Positions 1 through 15,019 are shown, counted from the stretch's first letter. The stretch: DNA of 64,000 bases from Octopus sinensis (GCF_006345805.1 NW_021833043.1:1-64000), one strand, 5' to 3'. Notes: generated by a model from the sequence alone, not told the origin. A program made the numbers and translations.

Positions 1-1559
1 CCAACCAAAGCAATGGTACTGGCTCGTGCTGGCATTTCTCTTGTCTAAATTGATTACAATTTAATTCTGATAACTAACAAACGTAAAAGCGTTGTTGCAT
101 TAAAGAATTTTTACCGATATTAATGGAACATCCACAGCTTATGTTTATATTTACCAAAAATTCCATGTCGTAGATCCATTTTGTTCAGTTTCAGTCTGTC
201 ATTTTAAACAATTTGAAAGTAATTTTAACTCGGAAAAATGACCACAAACTATGATTCCTTTTTAAAAAAAAAACATTGGTAAATATCAGTTATGTCTAAT
301 TTTAATCTACGAATTTGTATCAGTAACGAGTAAATAAGGTTTGTTGCTGATACCACCTCGGTGAAGGGAAAGCGAACACTATGGATTTATCGAACAGGAA
401 ACGGTGAGATTTTACAGAACGTGGATCGTTGTAAAAAGTCATTCAAAGTTTCACTAAAATGTACATTTTATCGATTAAATGACAAAAGAAAAAAGAAACA
501 CTGTAGAAATGTTTAGTATGGCTTCCTTTGTTTACGACTTTATCAATGATCCAATCAAAAATACTCCGCCCGTTTCGTTCAGATAATCATGGTCTAATTG
601 CATATGAATGAACTCATTCATAAGTGCGAATTCGGACCTTAGCTCTTGTTTCGTAACAGGAAACGGAGTTGGCTATTACGCCAATGTACAATTAAGTGCA
701 CCCTTCTTTCTTATGGCTTGAAAGAAAGCCTGTTCATAATTATTCGTCTTTACCTTAAATAACAGTCTAATTCTCTTTGAATCACATCCTGCCGTGTAAA
801 AAAAAAAAGGAGGCAAGCGTATCCAAAATGGTATAATCCTAGATACGATATAACATAAAACAAAGATGGAACGGTCGAGGGACAACCTGGGGCTAAACAA
901 CAACAGATTTTACTACTAGTAACTCCAAGAGAAAATTCTCCGCCACAACTACCAGAAGCAGTTAGAACGAAGACATGATCGTATTTTTCAGACCGGATTC
1001 CTGAAAATTAAGCGAATAGAATAAACTTTCTCCAAGAAACAGCAGTCTGTATTGGGTAGTATTCCTTACAATTTCTGTAACCTGCGGGACCAGCAATCAA
1101 TGTCACCTAGGCCGGTCCATCGAAGGTACCTATACACAGTGAATCTGACTGCTAGAAATGCCAGTCAAATCTCTCTCAAATCACACTCTACTGTTATAAA
1201 ATAAACATCGGATAGTTTTATAAAATAATATAAGTATTTGGTGTACAAATAATACAGGATAGTCAGGCCTGGAGCGTCTCTGATCATAGATGTATATCAA
1301 AGCTTGGCTGGGGAGAGAGGTACATTAGAGAACATGCTCCTATACAGTGAGAAAAAGACGGGATGGTCATGACTGGAGCGTCTTTGACCAAAGGACAGCT
1401 GAATCATACATGACGGGGGGTTAATACTTATCTTCAACAACTGGATGAAAACAATGTTGAATTAAATATTACAAGCCCCTCAACCAAGCACCACCATAAA
1501 AAAAAACATTAATGTTCATACAATAGACTTGAACACGTCACGTACACTTTGGTAGTCTT

Positions 1560-2370
1560 CTAATAACTTATCCACTCAGCCACTTCTCAAAGTTTAGTCG
1601 ATAGGTTATAGTGATCTAACATGTGTAGTATTTTTAGTGCTTTTAGTTTTCATCAATTTAATCATTTATCAGTTATTTCGCTTTAGTGGCTTAGGTCTGT
1701 GATGGTCTTACTTCTGTAGATCTTGGTTTCCATAGTCTGTGATTTTAGTGGTCTAATTTATATTATGGTTCGGTGTTTTAGTGTTACAAAAACATTTACT
1801 GTTTGACTTTTAAAGGTTTCATATTTTAGTCGGCCGACATTTTTCGGGTATTCAAATTTCATGGTCTAACATTATAGTGGTCCAGTATTTTAGTGGTCTA
1901 ACATTTGAGTAACTTGGATTTGTAAGCGATTTATATGGTTTAAGATTTAACTTGTGATGGTCTAAATACCAGGTTACACACATTTATTCATTATAGTAGT
2001 CCAAAGTTTTAGTGGTCTAACATTTTACTGGCTTGAATTTGAAGGTCTAACACTTTGTACTTGTGTAATATTTCTGCGGTCTATGTTTTAATTTGTGGAA
2101 ATCTAAATATTTACAGATCTTGCATTTCATTTACCAGAATTTTATGGTCTTACCTTATATGGTCTAGTTTCTTAGTGGTCTAACACTTTAATTACTTGAA
2201 TTTCAAGATCTAATACTTTGTATTTGTATAACACTTCTGTGGTCTTAGATTTAACTTGAGACAATCTAAATAATGTCAGGTTTAATGTTTTATGGACTAG
2301 AATTTTATGGTCTAATATTTTTTACTATTATTGTAGCGATTGGTCTAAAGAGTTAGAAGTCTAACATCTT
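1560..2370. repeat. Degenerate tandem array with core TTTTAGTGGTCTAACA and higher-order periodicity
   Basis: The ggtct(a) motif recurs throughout. Blocks starting near 1885, 2005 and 2170 are similar to each other. Confidence 0.75.
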
Positions 2371-2883
2371 CAGAAAGCGGGTGTTATTGATCTCCTCAGT
2401 ATTAGTACGACCTGTCTTACAGACAAAAATATCACTACTACACGCTATAGAAATACAACCAATACTTAAGACTGGTCGTAACAATATCTAAACATTGGAA
2501 CAAGACCTCACAATTTCAGAGAGAGATGTAGTGTAGGGATAAGATAGGGGGTAACCAATGGTACTTAGTTGTACTCGATTGTACTTGACTGCAACTAGAT
2601 TTCATCCGCTCAGTCGACTTCTGTGGCATTCGAAGTTAGAACGTAAATGAAGCAAAACCAAACCAAACAAAACAAAACAAAACAAAGCAAAACAAAAAAG
2701 GGCCACAACGCCTTTTATCCGGCGCCCGAACGATTCTGCCCCTGAAAACCACAGTGATGACGACGACGACGATGATGATGATGGGGTGATGGTGGTCGTT
2801 CTGGCGCTGGTAGCTGTGATATTGGTGGTGGTGGTGGCGGTGATGCTGATGACGATGCTGATGATGATGGTAGTAGTGATGGA

Positions 2884-2934
<51 letters not shown>

Positions 2935-3265
2935 AATCATGACGACAATGACGACGTTGAATAAACCCAATCAGTTATGCTCCAAACGAAATCCTTCTTT
3001 AACTTTCACCAAGCTGGTCAGAAATGTGAGTTACCTGGCTGAAACCCAGCATGAGCTGTTTGTAGGGCGCAGAGGTGCCGATGATCGTCATAGTTTTGAC
3101 GATGGCTAAGGGCCGTCTCACCACTATGATTCGACATACTGACCTACTACCGTATGCCTTTTTTTTCTTTTTTGTTTCTACGTGTGATATGAGAGACAGG
3201 GAGAGGCAGTGAGAGAGGAGTAAAAGATATATACGTATTATATATATATATACATACATCCATAC

Positions 3266-3314
<49 letters not shown>

Positions 3315-5000
3315 ATACATACATCCATACGTACATATATATATATATATAATATATATATATAATAAGGGGGCTACAACAAAGAACAGGGCAAGCGACG
3401 ATACAGGCCCCTCTCCCTCTTCTCTACATTTTAGTTTTAAAGTGATGATGTTGACGATGACGCTAGTGATGCTGATAATGATGATGACGACGACGATGAT
3501 GATGATGATGATGAATGACGACGACAACGAAGACGATGTTGTTGCTACACTGCGCTTCATCCTGCGTCGAGAACTAAGATCGAACACGTGCCAGCCGTGA
3601 CCATTCCGAGGTGTAACGCCTTCCAGACATGCCCCGTTAATGTGTGTGATTTGAGGAAGATTTTGCTACTATTTTTAACAAGTCGGTAATGACAGTAGTG
3701 GAGAGTATAGTATTAGTGTTACTATTGTCGTCGTTGGTGGTATTGGTCGTAGTAATGGTGGTGGTGGCGGTGGCGGCGGCGGTAGAGTTGTTTATGACAT
3801 TGATGTTACTGGTGTTAGTGGTTTTGGTTATTGTTGATGGTAGTGGCGGTAGTGTTGAAATTTTCCACGTTGTTTATGGTGGAGTTGATGTCGAAGCTTT
3901 TGTTGTTGTTGCTGAAGAGGTTGCTATTACTGCTGCCGTCGTTGAGAAGCCACGAATCCAATTGACTCTGCCTGGGCAAACAATCTTTGCACTAACAGAA
4001 TGACTTCTGCTCAGTTTCCAGCTAACACCATCCATTAAATTTTCTTTGAAATCATGTGTCAATCCAGAAAGAATCATAATGACCTTCAAATTTTGAGAGT
4101 TCAAATTATGTATTCCTAATCATTCAAAAGACAGCATAACAGTTTGTTCAGAGTACATTTAACTGCTATTTTTAGCATATCAAGCAAACATATTACAGTT
4201 TCCTCGTCAGCACATATAACCTCTTAAACCGAAACACTTTAAGGAAGATTGTCGAGGGAGATATGGCTGCTTTGTTAAGTTCGTTTATCACCCATATAGA
4301 TACACTTTCTCACTCATTTGAATGGTAACCTAATCTTGAACTCTTTTAATATAATTGTTGGGGAAAGATTCTATCGAACAGATCAAAGACCCACATAAAC
4401 GTTCCCTCATTACTGTACATTCCCCTTAATTTCAAAGACAATAAGGAAGTTTCTTCAAAGGAAATTCAGCTGCTATATCATACAGGTCTGATCTAAATAT
4501 TACATCTCTACCGCAGCCTAGTCTCGTTTCTACTGCAAACACATGGTAGTGATGGCGGTGGGGGGTGACTGCGGTGATAGTGATGGTGATGGCGGTGATA
4601 GTCGTGGATGTGATAGAGGTGGTGGTGATGGTGGTGGTGGTGGTGGTAAGGAGGATTGTGATGGTGGTTTTAGTGGCGGTGGTATTGGTGATGGAGGCCG
4701 TGGTGGATCGAAAGATGAAAGACATTCTAACCAAGACCTTCCCTCCTTTTTTCTTTAGGATCTGCCAATATGTCCCTTTACTTAAGACGATATGGTATTA
4801 TTTGAGGTAATTTGGTTACTATTTCTAACAGCCAAGACCACAGCACAGAGGCTCATTTGTTTACTCATGGACATAATGATAATGTTGGTGAATGGTAGTG
4901 ACAGAAATGGTGGTAGTGCTGGTGATGGTGGTTAGTGGTAGTGGGGGGGAGATGGTGATTGTTACTGACGTCGAGGTGGTGAGGGCATTTGAGCATGACG

Positions 5001-5036
<36 letters not shown>

Positions 5037-5094
5037 GTATTACTCATAGCTAAAAGCCCAACATACTACTATTACGATTACTACAGCTACTAAT

Positions 5095-5312
5095 ATTACT
5101 ATATATATAATATATATTATATATATTATATATATATATATTATATTTATATATATAGATATATATATTTAGATATATATATATAGTATATATATATTAT
5201 ATATATATTTATATATATATATGTATATATATATTGATATATATATATGTATTATATATATGCATATAATATATATGGTATATATACACTATATATATCC
5301 ATATATATATCC

Positions 5313-5346
<34 letters not shown>

Positions 5347-5550
5347 ATATATATATATACTATATATTATATATTATACTATATATTATATATATATATA
5401 TATAAATATATTCTATATATATTATATATGTATGTATATATATATATGTATATATATATGAATGTATGTATGTATATATATCCATATATATATCCATATA
5501 TATATATATCCATATATATATCCATATATATATATATCCATATTATATAT

Positions 5551-5582
<32 letters not shown>

Positions 5583-5676
5583 ATATATTATATATATATC
5601 CATATATATATATTATCCATATATATATATAATATTATATATATAATATATATTACTATATATATATATCCATATA

Positions 5677-5721
<45 letters not shown>

Positions 5722-5780
5722 TATAATATATATCTCATATATATATAGATATATATATATATATATATATAATATATATC
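5095..5780. repeat. Imperfect (TA)n microsatellite field
   Basis: Nearly pure TA with tatcca variants; the source of spurious YIYI ORFs. Confidence 0.95.
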
Positions 5781-6275
5781 AAATTCATTAAAGTCATTGT
5801 TTTTATATATATATTTTATATTTTTGATTTTGTTATTTCATTTAGTGGCGTTTATTTTAGCTGCCAGTGCGAAATATATTCTCTTTTTCTTTATTGAAAT
5901 TATTTGCTTGTTCCTTTTTTTTCTTTTTATTCATCATGTTGCTGTTGCTTTATTATAGCTTTTTGGTTTAGTTGTTTTGTTTATTTGTTTGTTTGTTTGT
6001 TAGTTTTACTTTGTTTTTTTTTTTTGTTTTTTTTTTTTTTTTTTTGTCTTTTCTTATAATTCATTCGAATGTTATTTCTGAAATTTCACCAGATTTTATA
6101 ACGGGGCTGGAAAAGGTATTTCACAGGGGATGGGTGGGGTGGGGTGGGGTGAAAAAAAAACATCAATGAGGACTAAAAATGAAATGAAAAAAAAATAAAA
6201 AAACAAAAGTAGTGAGAAAATGAACAGAAAATTGAATATCTATAATGTTCAACAACATTTTAACATATTCATATG

Positions 6276-6310
<35 letters not shown>

Positions 6311-6372
6311 GTATACATGTATATGTATAATATACAGATATATATATGTGTTATGTGTGTGAGTGTGTGTTG

Positions 6373-6405
<33 letters not shown>

Positions 6406-6454
6406 CACATATATTTGTATATATACATATACATATATATTATATATATATATC

Positions 6455-6504
<50 letters not shown>

Positions 6505-7138
6505 GGTAAAAATAGTAACAATAAAAAACAGAACCCAGAATTCTGAAAGTATTTAGTTGGGTTAACTAAAACCAACACCAATGGCTACATGAAGTTTCCT
6601 CTTACATGAAAGAAAACATGGACTTCATCAGGCTGCCATGTAGGAATAACTTCAAGCACATGGTCGCCTGACAAACTACAAGTTTTGGGGGGTATTTTTC
6701 TTTTCTTTTTATTTTGTTTGCTTGCTTGTAATTTTTTTTTTTTCATAAAGAAACTTCATGTAGCAATTGACTTTAGTTTCAACAGACCACATAATAATAA
6801 TAATAATAATATATATTTATATATATATATATATATATATAGTCGAGATATGGTTTGATGGAAACATGAAAAAGATTTATGCATAATTGTGCAAACACAC
6901 ATTATCATCATCATCATTATCATCATCTTTATCATCATCATCATCTTCATCATTTCACAGTTACAAGTAACATTAGCAAATAGTAGCATCAGAAATTATC
7001 CTATAAATATATCTTCTATATGCATGTATGTACGTATATGAATATACACACATACACACACACACAGACTCATATATTGACTATCAGAATATCTCTAGAA
7101 GAAATTTCAAGAATTCAACAATTCCTTTACTTTAAGTA

Positions 7139-7650
7139 CCGTAAATCCTCGAGTATAGTCCACCCTTGAGTATAATACGCAGGGGATTTTTAGGGGGTTG
7201 TACCTCTGAAAAACCTAAACCTTCTGTATAATATGCACCCCTTCTCTAACTTGAGTCAAGGAGGTCTATATAACATCCTTGGTTTGTAAAAATGTATACG
7301 GCAACATCCTTTATTATTATTGTATACATAACATAATGCAAACGGGTAGCTTTTTTGTGCATTTTGTTTGCAGAAAATAAAGAAATAATAGTAATAACAT
7401 TTAATAAATGCTGCTTACTGCAAGTTATGGTTGATTCTTTTATGACTTCATTGCTTTCAGGCTTAGCTTAAGGTATTTTCGCGCCCGACGTCACAAAATA
7501 CATCTGAATAAACATTGCCGGGCAGCAAATAGAAACTCGGACATTGCTTAGAGAATATTTTTCATTTTTAACCTCGTATATAGTACGCACTAGGGATTTC
7601 GACCTTTATATTTTGAGAAAAAAATGCGGATTATATTTGAGGATTTACGG
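7139..7650. mobile_element. Tc1/mariner-superfamily (pogo/Tc2-like) non-autonomous element
   Basis: TA|CCGTAAATCCTC ... GAGGATTTACGG|TA: perfect 12-bp TIR with further imperfect extension, TA TSD, 512 bp, no transposase. Confidence 0.85.
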
Positions 7651-8029
7651 TAAATATCTCCCCTTTCAATTTTTCATTTTTTTATTTTTGTTTTTCATTT
7701 TGTTTTAGTGCTTTTTGCTTGTGGCTGCACAACATTCAGTAGACTTCAACAGAATGTCTCTATAATTTGAGCATAAAATTCAAAACACTTCAAAACTCCC
7801 TAGTCTTGAATACAACCTGAGTACACACACTGCTTCCTTTTTTTACCAAAATATAAAAGTCTTCACACAAATCAAAAATTTATTTTCGGCTGATATTGAA
7901 AAATTTTGATTTTTTTACATCTCTAAAAGGAAAGTGCCTTTTAAATTACTCTATTACCATCTTCTTTACTCCTATTTTTTTAATATTTAATTTCTAATTA
8001 AAAATAATAATACTAATTGTAATTGAGCA

Positions 8030-8350
8030 ATAGATTCCCTTGGCTATATTTTGAGGGATGGGGCTAATTGATCACATGAACCCTCGGTGTTCTGCTGGCA
8101 CTTAGATTATCAACCCTGAAAAGTATGAAAGGCAAAGTTCACCTAGACAGAATATCATAATAATAATATTAATAATAAAAATAATAATCCTTTCTGCTAA
8201 AGGCATAAGGCCTGAAATTCGGTGGGAGGGGACTAGTCGATTACATCAACCCCAGTGTAGCACTGGTGCTTAATTTATCAACCCCCGAAAGGATGAAAGG
8301 CAAAGTCGACCTTAGCCTGGCGTGCTAACGATTCTACAAGCTCACTGCCT
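8030..8350 (-). mobile_element. tRNA-derived SINE family A, 2 copies in tandem
   Basis: Plus strand shows the antisense consensus ...aaggcctgaaattt...tcgaccccgaaaggatgaaaggcaaagtcgacc...ctgccagctcactgcctt, bounded by (AAT)n. Confidence 0.8.
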
Positions 8351-8357
8351 TAATAAC

Positions 8358-8400
<43 letters not shown>

Positions 8401-8495
8401 GTAATAGTAGTAGTAGTAGTAGTATATTTAACACACAAAACTGAAAATCAAAACCCAAAACAACAGTAAAGCAGTAAATAACAACCCAATTATTA

Positions 8496-8531
<36 letters not shown>

Positions 8532-9177
8532 GTGTATCATTATTTTAGCTAATTATTTTGTTAGCATATTTAGTGTCACTTTTGTTAGTTATTGTAACTT
8601 AATAATTACTATGCTGTTGCTTTATCGGTGGCTTTTCTCTTTTGTTTCATATATTGTTGTTAAATATTTTATCATTCATAAGTCAATGACATTCATTCAT
8701 CAAAATAATCCAATGTCCATGAAGTTCTTTGATTGGTGATTCTTAGGTAGTTATTTCCCTTCCTTGGGACTCGTTTTTTATATATTTATTTTATTATTAT
8801 TTTTTTTTTTTTCTGTAATTGCTTCCCCTCAAAACTTGAATTAAATCACCTCAAACACTTGCTTGGTAAATTATTCCTTGTTCAGTCCTGATCTATCACA
8901 ATAAATATAACAGCAGATTAATATTATTATTATTATTATTATTATTATCAAATATGAATGAACATTGATTCTACTATTGTTAATAAAATTATTATTAATA
9001 TCAATTATAGCTTTATTTTTTTTTTACTGTTTTGTTTTTTCATTGCTTCATTTAATTTTTTGGCCCAGCTCATTAGATTTATACTATGGAATAAAATTAC
9101 AACAACAACAACAACTATAACAATGATATCAACGATATAAATAATAATGACGATGATGATAATCACAATAATAAATA

Positions 9178-9224
<47 letters not shown>

Positions 9225-9312
9225 TTCTAGCAAGGGCACAAGGCCACAAGGCTGGCAGAGAAAAAACAAGTGACTGATTTGACTTTTGATAAATTAATTA
9301 AGCCAGCATTTG

Positions 9313-9343
<31 letters not shown>

Positions 9344-9470
9344 TAATAATAATTGAAAGATCAATTATAATGATAACAATAAAAAGTGCGAATAATAATA
9401 AAAGTAATAAATAACAATAATAATAGTGATTTCTTTATTTAGAGTAATAATGATAATATTCATCAATATG

Positions 9471-9515
<45 letters not shown>

Positions 9516-10424
9516 CATAGAATCCACCATAATAATAATAATAATTATAATGATAATAATAATAATTATTATTATTATAATAGTAATAATAATAATAATA
9601 TGACATGCAATAAGAGAGAATAAATTTCAATTGATAGAACTTTTGGGGTGTAAATGGTGGCCTGTAGATTTGTCATGGCTCTCACACATGGAAACTGTTA
9701 GAAGCTGCCCGTGTTGGTTTTTGGCCAACCAAAGTACAATTATAAATGTGCATGCATGTATGTATGTATAGATATATGTGTGTGTGCATGTGTGTGTATG
9801 TGTGTGTGTGTGTGCATGAGTGCGTGTATGTATATATACATATATATGTATGATTATATATACATATACACATACATATGTATGCCTGCATGTGTGTGTG
9901 TGTGTTTGCATGTATACACACACAGGCACACAGATACATGCACACGCAAACATTTAGTAAAAGAAAATATATCACAATTCTCACTATCATCATCATCAAC
10001 ACTATAGTTAAAAATATTAAAATTATTATTATTATTATTATATTATTATTATCATTATTATTATTATCATAACTACCATTACTATAATTACTTCTATTAT
10101 TAGTTTATCATTAAAACTGAAGAAATTCAAAATTGATATTTAGTTATTGATTTGGTATTGATCTTTTGTGGGTTGTGAGGGGGAGGGGAAGGGAGTGTTG
10201 AGGATGAGAGAGGGCAGCAGGAAGGGGGGAAAGGAGGGGGGTTCATTAGGGTAGTAATGTCGAAGTTGGGAGAGGGGGTGAGGTGGAGCGAGGTGTGGGG
10301 TGGGGTGGGGTGAGGGCGTTGTGTTTAGATAAAATCTATTCCGAAGTTTTTTAAGTATTTTCATTGATTCAGAAAATAGCTGGAGTAACATCAAATCAGG
10401 TTGAAGAGATGTGCACACATGAAT

Positions 10425-10772
10425 ACAACATACACAAATATATATATATATACATAAATATATATACATATATATATATACATATATATATTATATATAT
10501 ATATATATATATACATAAATATACATATATATATATACACATATATATATGAATATATCTATATATATATATACCTATATATATATATGAATATATCTAT
10601 ATCTATATATATATATATATATATACAGATATATATATAGATATGTGAATATATATATTTATATATATATATACATATATATAGATATATACATAGATAT
10701 ATATATCCATATAATACACAAATCATATATATATACATACATATACACACACATATATATACATATATATAA

Positions 10773-10806
<34 letters not shown>

Positions 10807-10930
10807 AATATATACATATAAATATATATACATATATATATTCATACATATATATATACACGTTTATATGCATATATATACATACATATATGATATTTGC
10901 ATGCATATATATAATACATGCACATGCACA
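10425..10930. repeat. Imperfect (TA)n/(CATA) field
   Basis: Direct inspection. Confidence 0.95.
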
Positions 10931-11176
10931 CATGCAGATATGCATAAACCCTTGCACAACCATACTTTGCACAAATATGTGCTGTAGCTGTCATCTTCAT
11001 TACTATTTTTACATCTCCTCTTGCATAACGGGCATGGGTTAGGTGGATCATGAGGACCATGGAGTTACTGTCTCAGCTAGATTGTCCAGGGACAACTCAT
11101 CCATAGGCTCTATAAATGTACATAGATAAATGTTTCTGTGTATGTTAGTGTGTGTGTCTATATATATATATATATG

Positions 11177-11248
<72 letters not shown>

Positions 11249-11644
11249 CACACACACACACATTTACATATATAGACAACGCTTAAGATATATATGTGTG
11301 TGTGTATAGATACACACACAAAAAATACATATGTACATATATACATACACACACACATATATATAAGCATATATATATATATATATACTAAATGTGTATG
11401 TATGTGTGTGTGTATATATATATATATACACACACACATATATATACACACACACATATATATACACACACACATATATATACACACACACATATATACA
11501 AGCACATACACAAAGACGCACACACGCACATATATATATATATATGTACATGTGTGTGCATGTTTGTGTAAATAAAAAGAATTTTGTCAGATACTTCGTC
11601 ATGTCTGCCATCGACCACTCTCAATCATAATAATAATAATGATT

Positions 11645-11861
11645 CTTTGTACTATAGACACAAGGCCTGAAATTTGGGGGAGGGAGACTAGTCGATTACA
11701 TCAACCCCAGTATTTCACTGGTACTTATTTTATCAACCCCAAAAGGACGAAAGGAAAAGTTGACCTTGGCAGAATTTGAACTCAGAACATAGCGACAGAC
11801 GAAATACCGCTAAGTATTTCACCCGATTTGCTAACAATTCTGCCAGCTCACTGCCTTCTTA

Positions 11862-11894
<33 letters not shown>

Positions 11895-11967
11895 GTAATG
11901 TTAATAATATTCTCAGATTCCAAACAAAGAACATGAATAAAAAGAATAAACAATACTGCATCATAAC

Positions 11968-12016
<49 letters not shown>

Positions 12017-13050
12017 GCTTCAAATTTCAGTACAAGGCCCTTGATTTTGAGGGAAGTGAGGCAAATACTGATTTCTTACAATGACATAAGCGTACAAGAC
12101 CCTTGAAGGGGGCAGGGAAGGACATGCAGTTGCTTGTTTCCACAAGAATAAGCGACCATTATTTTACTTTATAATTGACCTTCCACTGGGGGCAGATGCA
12201 CAGTGACTATCAAACCCCCTTTTCTGTGGAATTTGAATCTGAACACAGACCATAGAGAATTCTTTAAAAACATGACTCGCAAAACCATTCCTTATGGATT
12301 CAGTCTAGCATTCTACTATCTCTGCCAATTCAATGCCTTAATAAATATAGCAATATTAATGAAAAATAATATATGTCATGAAGCCATATATTTTAGGGGA
12401 TAGGGGTTTAGTCAATTAAACTGGCCCTGTACCTGATTGGTTCCTTATTTCATCAACATCCGTGCAAGGATTAAAGATACAGTTGACCTCAGCATAATTT
12501 GAACACAGAATGTAATGATTTGTAACTAAATAATGCAAGGTATTTCGTTCACCACTCTATAGATACTACCAATTCATGTACCTCAAGTTTTGGCACAAGG
12601 CCAGTAATTTTTAAAAGAGTGGTTAAATTGATTACAATGACGTCAGTATACAACTGGTACTTATTTTATCATCCCCAAAATGGTGAAGAGCAAGGCTGAT
12701 TTTGGTGGCATTTGAACTCAGAATGTTGCGATGGATGAAACGCTGCTAAGCATTTTGCCTGGCATGTTAAGAGTTCTGCCAACTCACAGCTTATGCCAAC
12801 TCACAGATAATAATGATAATAACTGTTTCAAATTTTCACTAAGTACCAGTAGTGATAGGAACAGGTGTAAGTCGGTCACATTGACCCTAGTATTCAACTA
12901 ATACTTTAATTCTATTGACCCCAAAAGGATAAAAGGCAAAGCTGACCCCAGTAAGACTTGAACTCACAAACTAAAGAAGCGGAGGAAATTCCAATAAGCA
13001 TTTTGTCCAATGCATTAACAATTCTGTCAGCTTGCCACATTTTTAACAAT
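11645..13050 (-). mobile_element. SINE family A cluster (about 5 copies, some degenerate)
   Basis: Same consensus. The minus strand carries an A-box-like TGGCAGAAT and a B-box GAGTTCAAATTC. Confidence 0.75.
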
Positions 13051-13544
13051 ATAATTTTCAAAACATCGGCAAAACTGTATTTCATTTATTCAGGGTCAGA
13101 TAAAATACCTTTCAGTATTTAATTAGTCCTTTTATTGTCTCGGAGTTCAAATCCTCGTCAGAGCAAGCTCTGTTTTTTTGCCTTCCAGTGGTTGATAGAA
13201 TATATCAAATAATGAGGTATTACTAGGTTTTATTTAAACAGTTAACCACTTTTCCTAAACTTCTGGTTTTCAGACTCTTTTAGTAATCAATTAATAAAAC
13301 CGTTACATTGCCAAAGAATGGGTGAACGGATTTTTCTTCTTCATGCATTCCTTGCCAATATCATCATCATCATCATCATCATTTAATGTCCATTTTCCAT
13401 GCTAGCATGGGTTGGACATTTAATCTGGAACCCACAAGCCAGAGGTCTGCATTGAGCTTCAATGTCTATTTTGGCATGATTTCAACAGCTGGATGCCCAC
13501 CCCTCCAGGAACTGTATAATGGATTGGCAGAAATATTGGAGTGT

Positions 13545-13745
13545 TGGAATAAAATATCTTGCAGCATGTTCTGGTACTTTACATTCTAAGTTCACATCTC
13601 ATCAAGTTTGACTTTGCCTTCCATCCCTCTGAAGTCAATAGAATAAAGAACCAGCTAGTCCAGAACTAGGGTCAATGTAATCAACAAACAAACTAGCCCC
13701 TCCCCTCAAAATTTCAGGTTTTGTGCCTAAAGTAGAAACAATTAT
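13545..13745 (+). mobile_element. SINE family A copy in the rare opposite orientation
   Basis: ttctaagttcacatc...gactttgccttccatcc...gggtcaatgtaatc...caaaatttcaggttttgtgcctaaagtagaaa. Confidence 0.7.
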
Positions 13746-14095
13746 CAGCACTGTTATGTTGCTAAACATTGTTTGACTGAATTCATAGGTTCAATCATTC
13801 CTTGCCAATAACATTTGTTAATTTCCCCTCCAGGGACAGTATTTAGGACATCGTAAGTTAAATTTGAACAAAAAAAATTAGACTTCCGCCTTTTTGTGTT
13901 TTTCTGACACTGATAAGAATCCTATACAGGTAAATGGATGCTAAAATATTTAATAACATTCATTTATTTACCTGTATGTAAGGAATATAATAATCCTTAG
14001 CTTGGATCAGATAAGGTTGAATGCGGTGGCAGAAATAATATATGGTTTCCAGTTCAATCTTCGGTGTGGGAGAGTAGAAGGGTGGTTTATTAAAA

Positions 14096-14417
14096 CTGGT
14101 ACTCCATCATTTACACGACGAGGGTTCCTGTTGATCTGATCAAAGGAACAGCTTGCTCGTGGAATTAACATGCAAGTGGCTGAGCCCTCCACAGACATGT
14201 GTACCCTTAATTGTTGTCAGGGAGATTCAGCATGACACAGAGTGTGACAAGGCTGGCTCTTTGAAATACAGGTACAACTCATTTTTGCCGGCTGAGTGGA
14301 CTGGAGCAACGTGAAATAAAGTGTCTTGCTCAAGGAAACAACGCGGTGCCAGGTATTGAACTCATGACCTTACGATTGTGAGCTGAATACCCTAACCACT
14401 AAGTCATGTGCTTTCAC
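14096..14417 (-). mobile_element. tRNA-derived SINE (family B4)
   Basis: Minus strand: gtgaaagcacatgacttagtggttag...gagttcaatacc...ttgagcaagacactttatttcacg...gccttgtcacactctgtgtcatgctgaatctccctg. Confidence 0.85.
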
Positions 14418-14714
14418 ACTGTGGTTTATTAAATAACTGATTAAACCCATCTCGATGTTGATTGATCACTGGCAGAGGTGAAAATTTATCCCCTATTAAT
14501 GGTGGGGGGAGGATGCAGCTGTTATGTCAGTGATGGTAGGTATCTCTTGTTACTCAGTGGAGCACATCATCCTGATGGTGATGGTCTACACGTATGTGTG
14601 AGGCGAGTCTAATATACAATGGGATGAGCAGCCAGCACACAAGCAACCAGTGTTCAGGGGTATGACAGTTAGTTGTGAAGTCCACTCAGTGTTACAAAAA
14701 ATTCATTCACAGAT

Positions 14715-14890
14715 TCAAAATCTCCACCCATAGGTTAAAAAGATACACCCATGGTTCTCAAAGACACACCCATAAGTTGTTTTCTTAATATTTTTAATAC
14801 CAGTCTGTTTCAAAAACTCCACCCACATTTAAAGAACTCCACCCAGATTTCCAAAAAACTCCACCCACACTTTCAAAAATCCCACCCATC
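14715..14890. repeat. Short degenerate array of aaaactccacccac
   Basis: About 7 copies of CCACCC/ACACCC spaced roughly 20-40 bp apart. Confidence 0.6.
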
Positions 14891-15019
14891 ATTTCAGACA
14901 AGAAACATACTTTTACAACAATCAAACACAGCCCAAACTGTTATCTAATAATAATGATAATAATAATAATAATAATAATAATAATTATAATAATAATAAC
15001 AACAACAACAATAATAAAA

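Noticed and set aside
1560-2370. CRISPR-like look of the arrays here and at 47960-48660 and 31521-33060
   Set aside because: Eukaryotic context, degenerate repeats, spacers of irregular length that resemble each other, and no cas genes.
3075-3110. CCGATGA followed by a 6-7-bp hairpin as a hammerhead
   Set aside because: The GAAA core is absent after the stem; it is only a small hairpin.
4195-4220. CTGACGAG-GAAAC on the minus strand as a hammerhead
   Set aside because: No stem II and no stem I complement.
6093-6115. Candidate plus-strand microexon (FITGLEK) after a long T-rich tract
   Set aside because: Too short to distinguish from chance and no linked exons.
6606-6667. Candidate 62-nt minus exon (DHVLEVIPTWQPDEVHVFFH) with AG/GTaag ends
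   Set aside because: Weak pyrimidine tract, two open frames, no recognisable homology and no partner exons.
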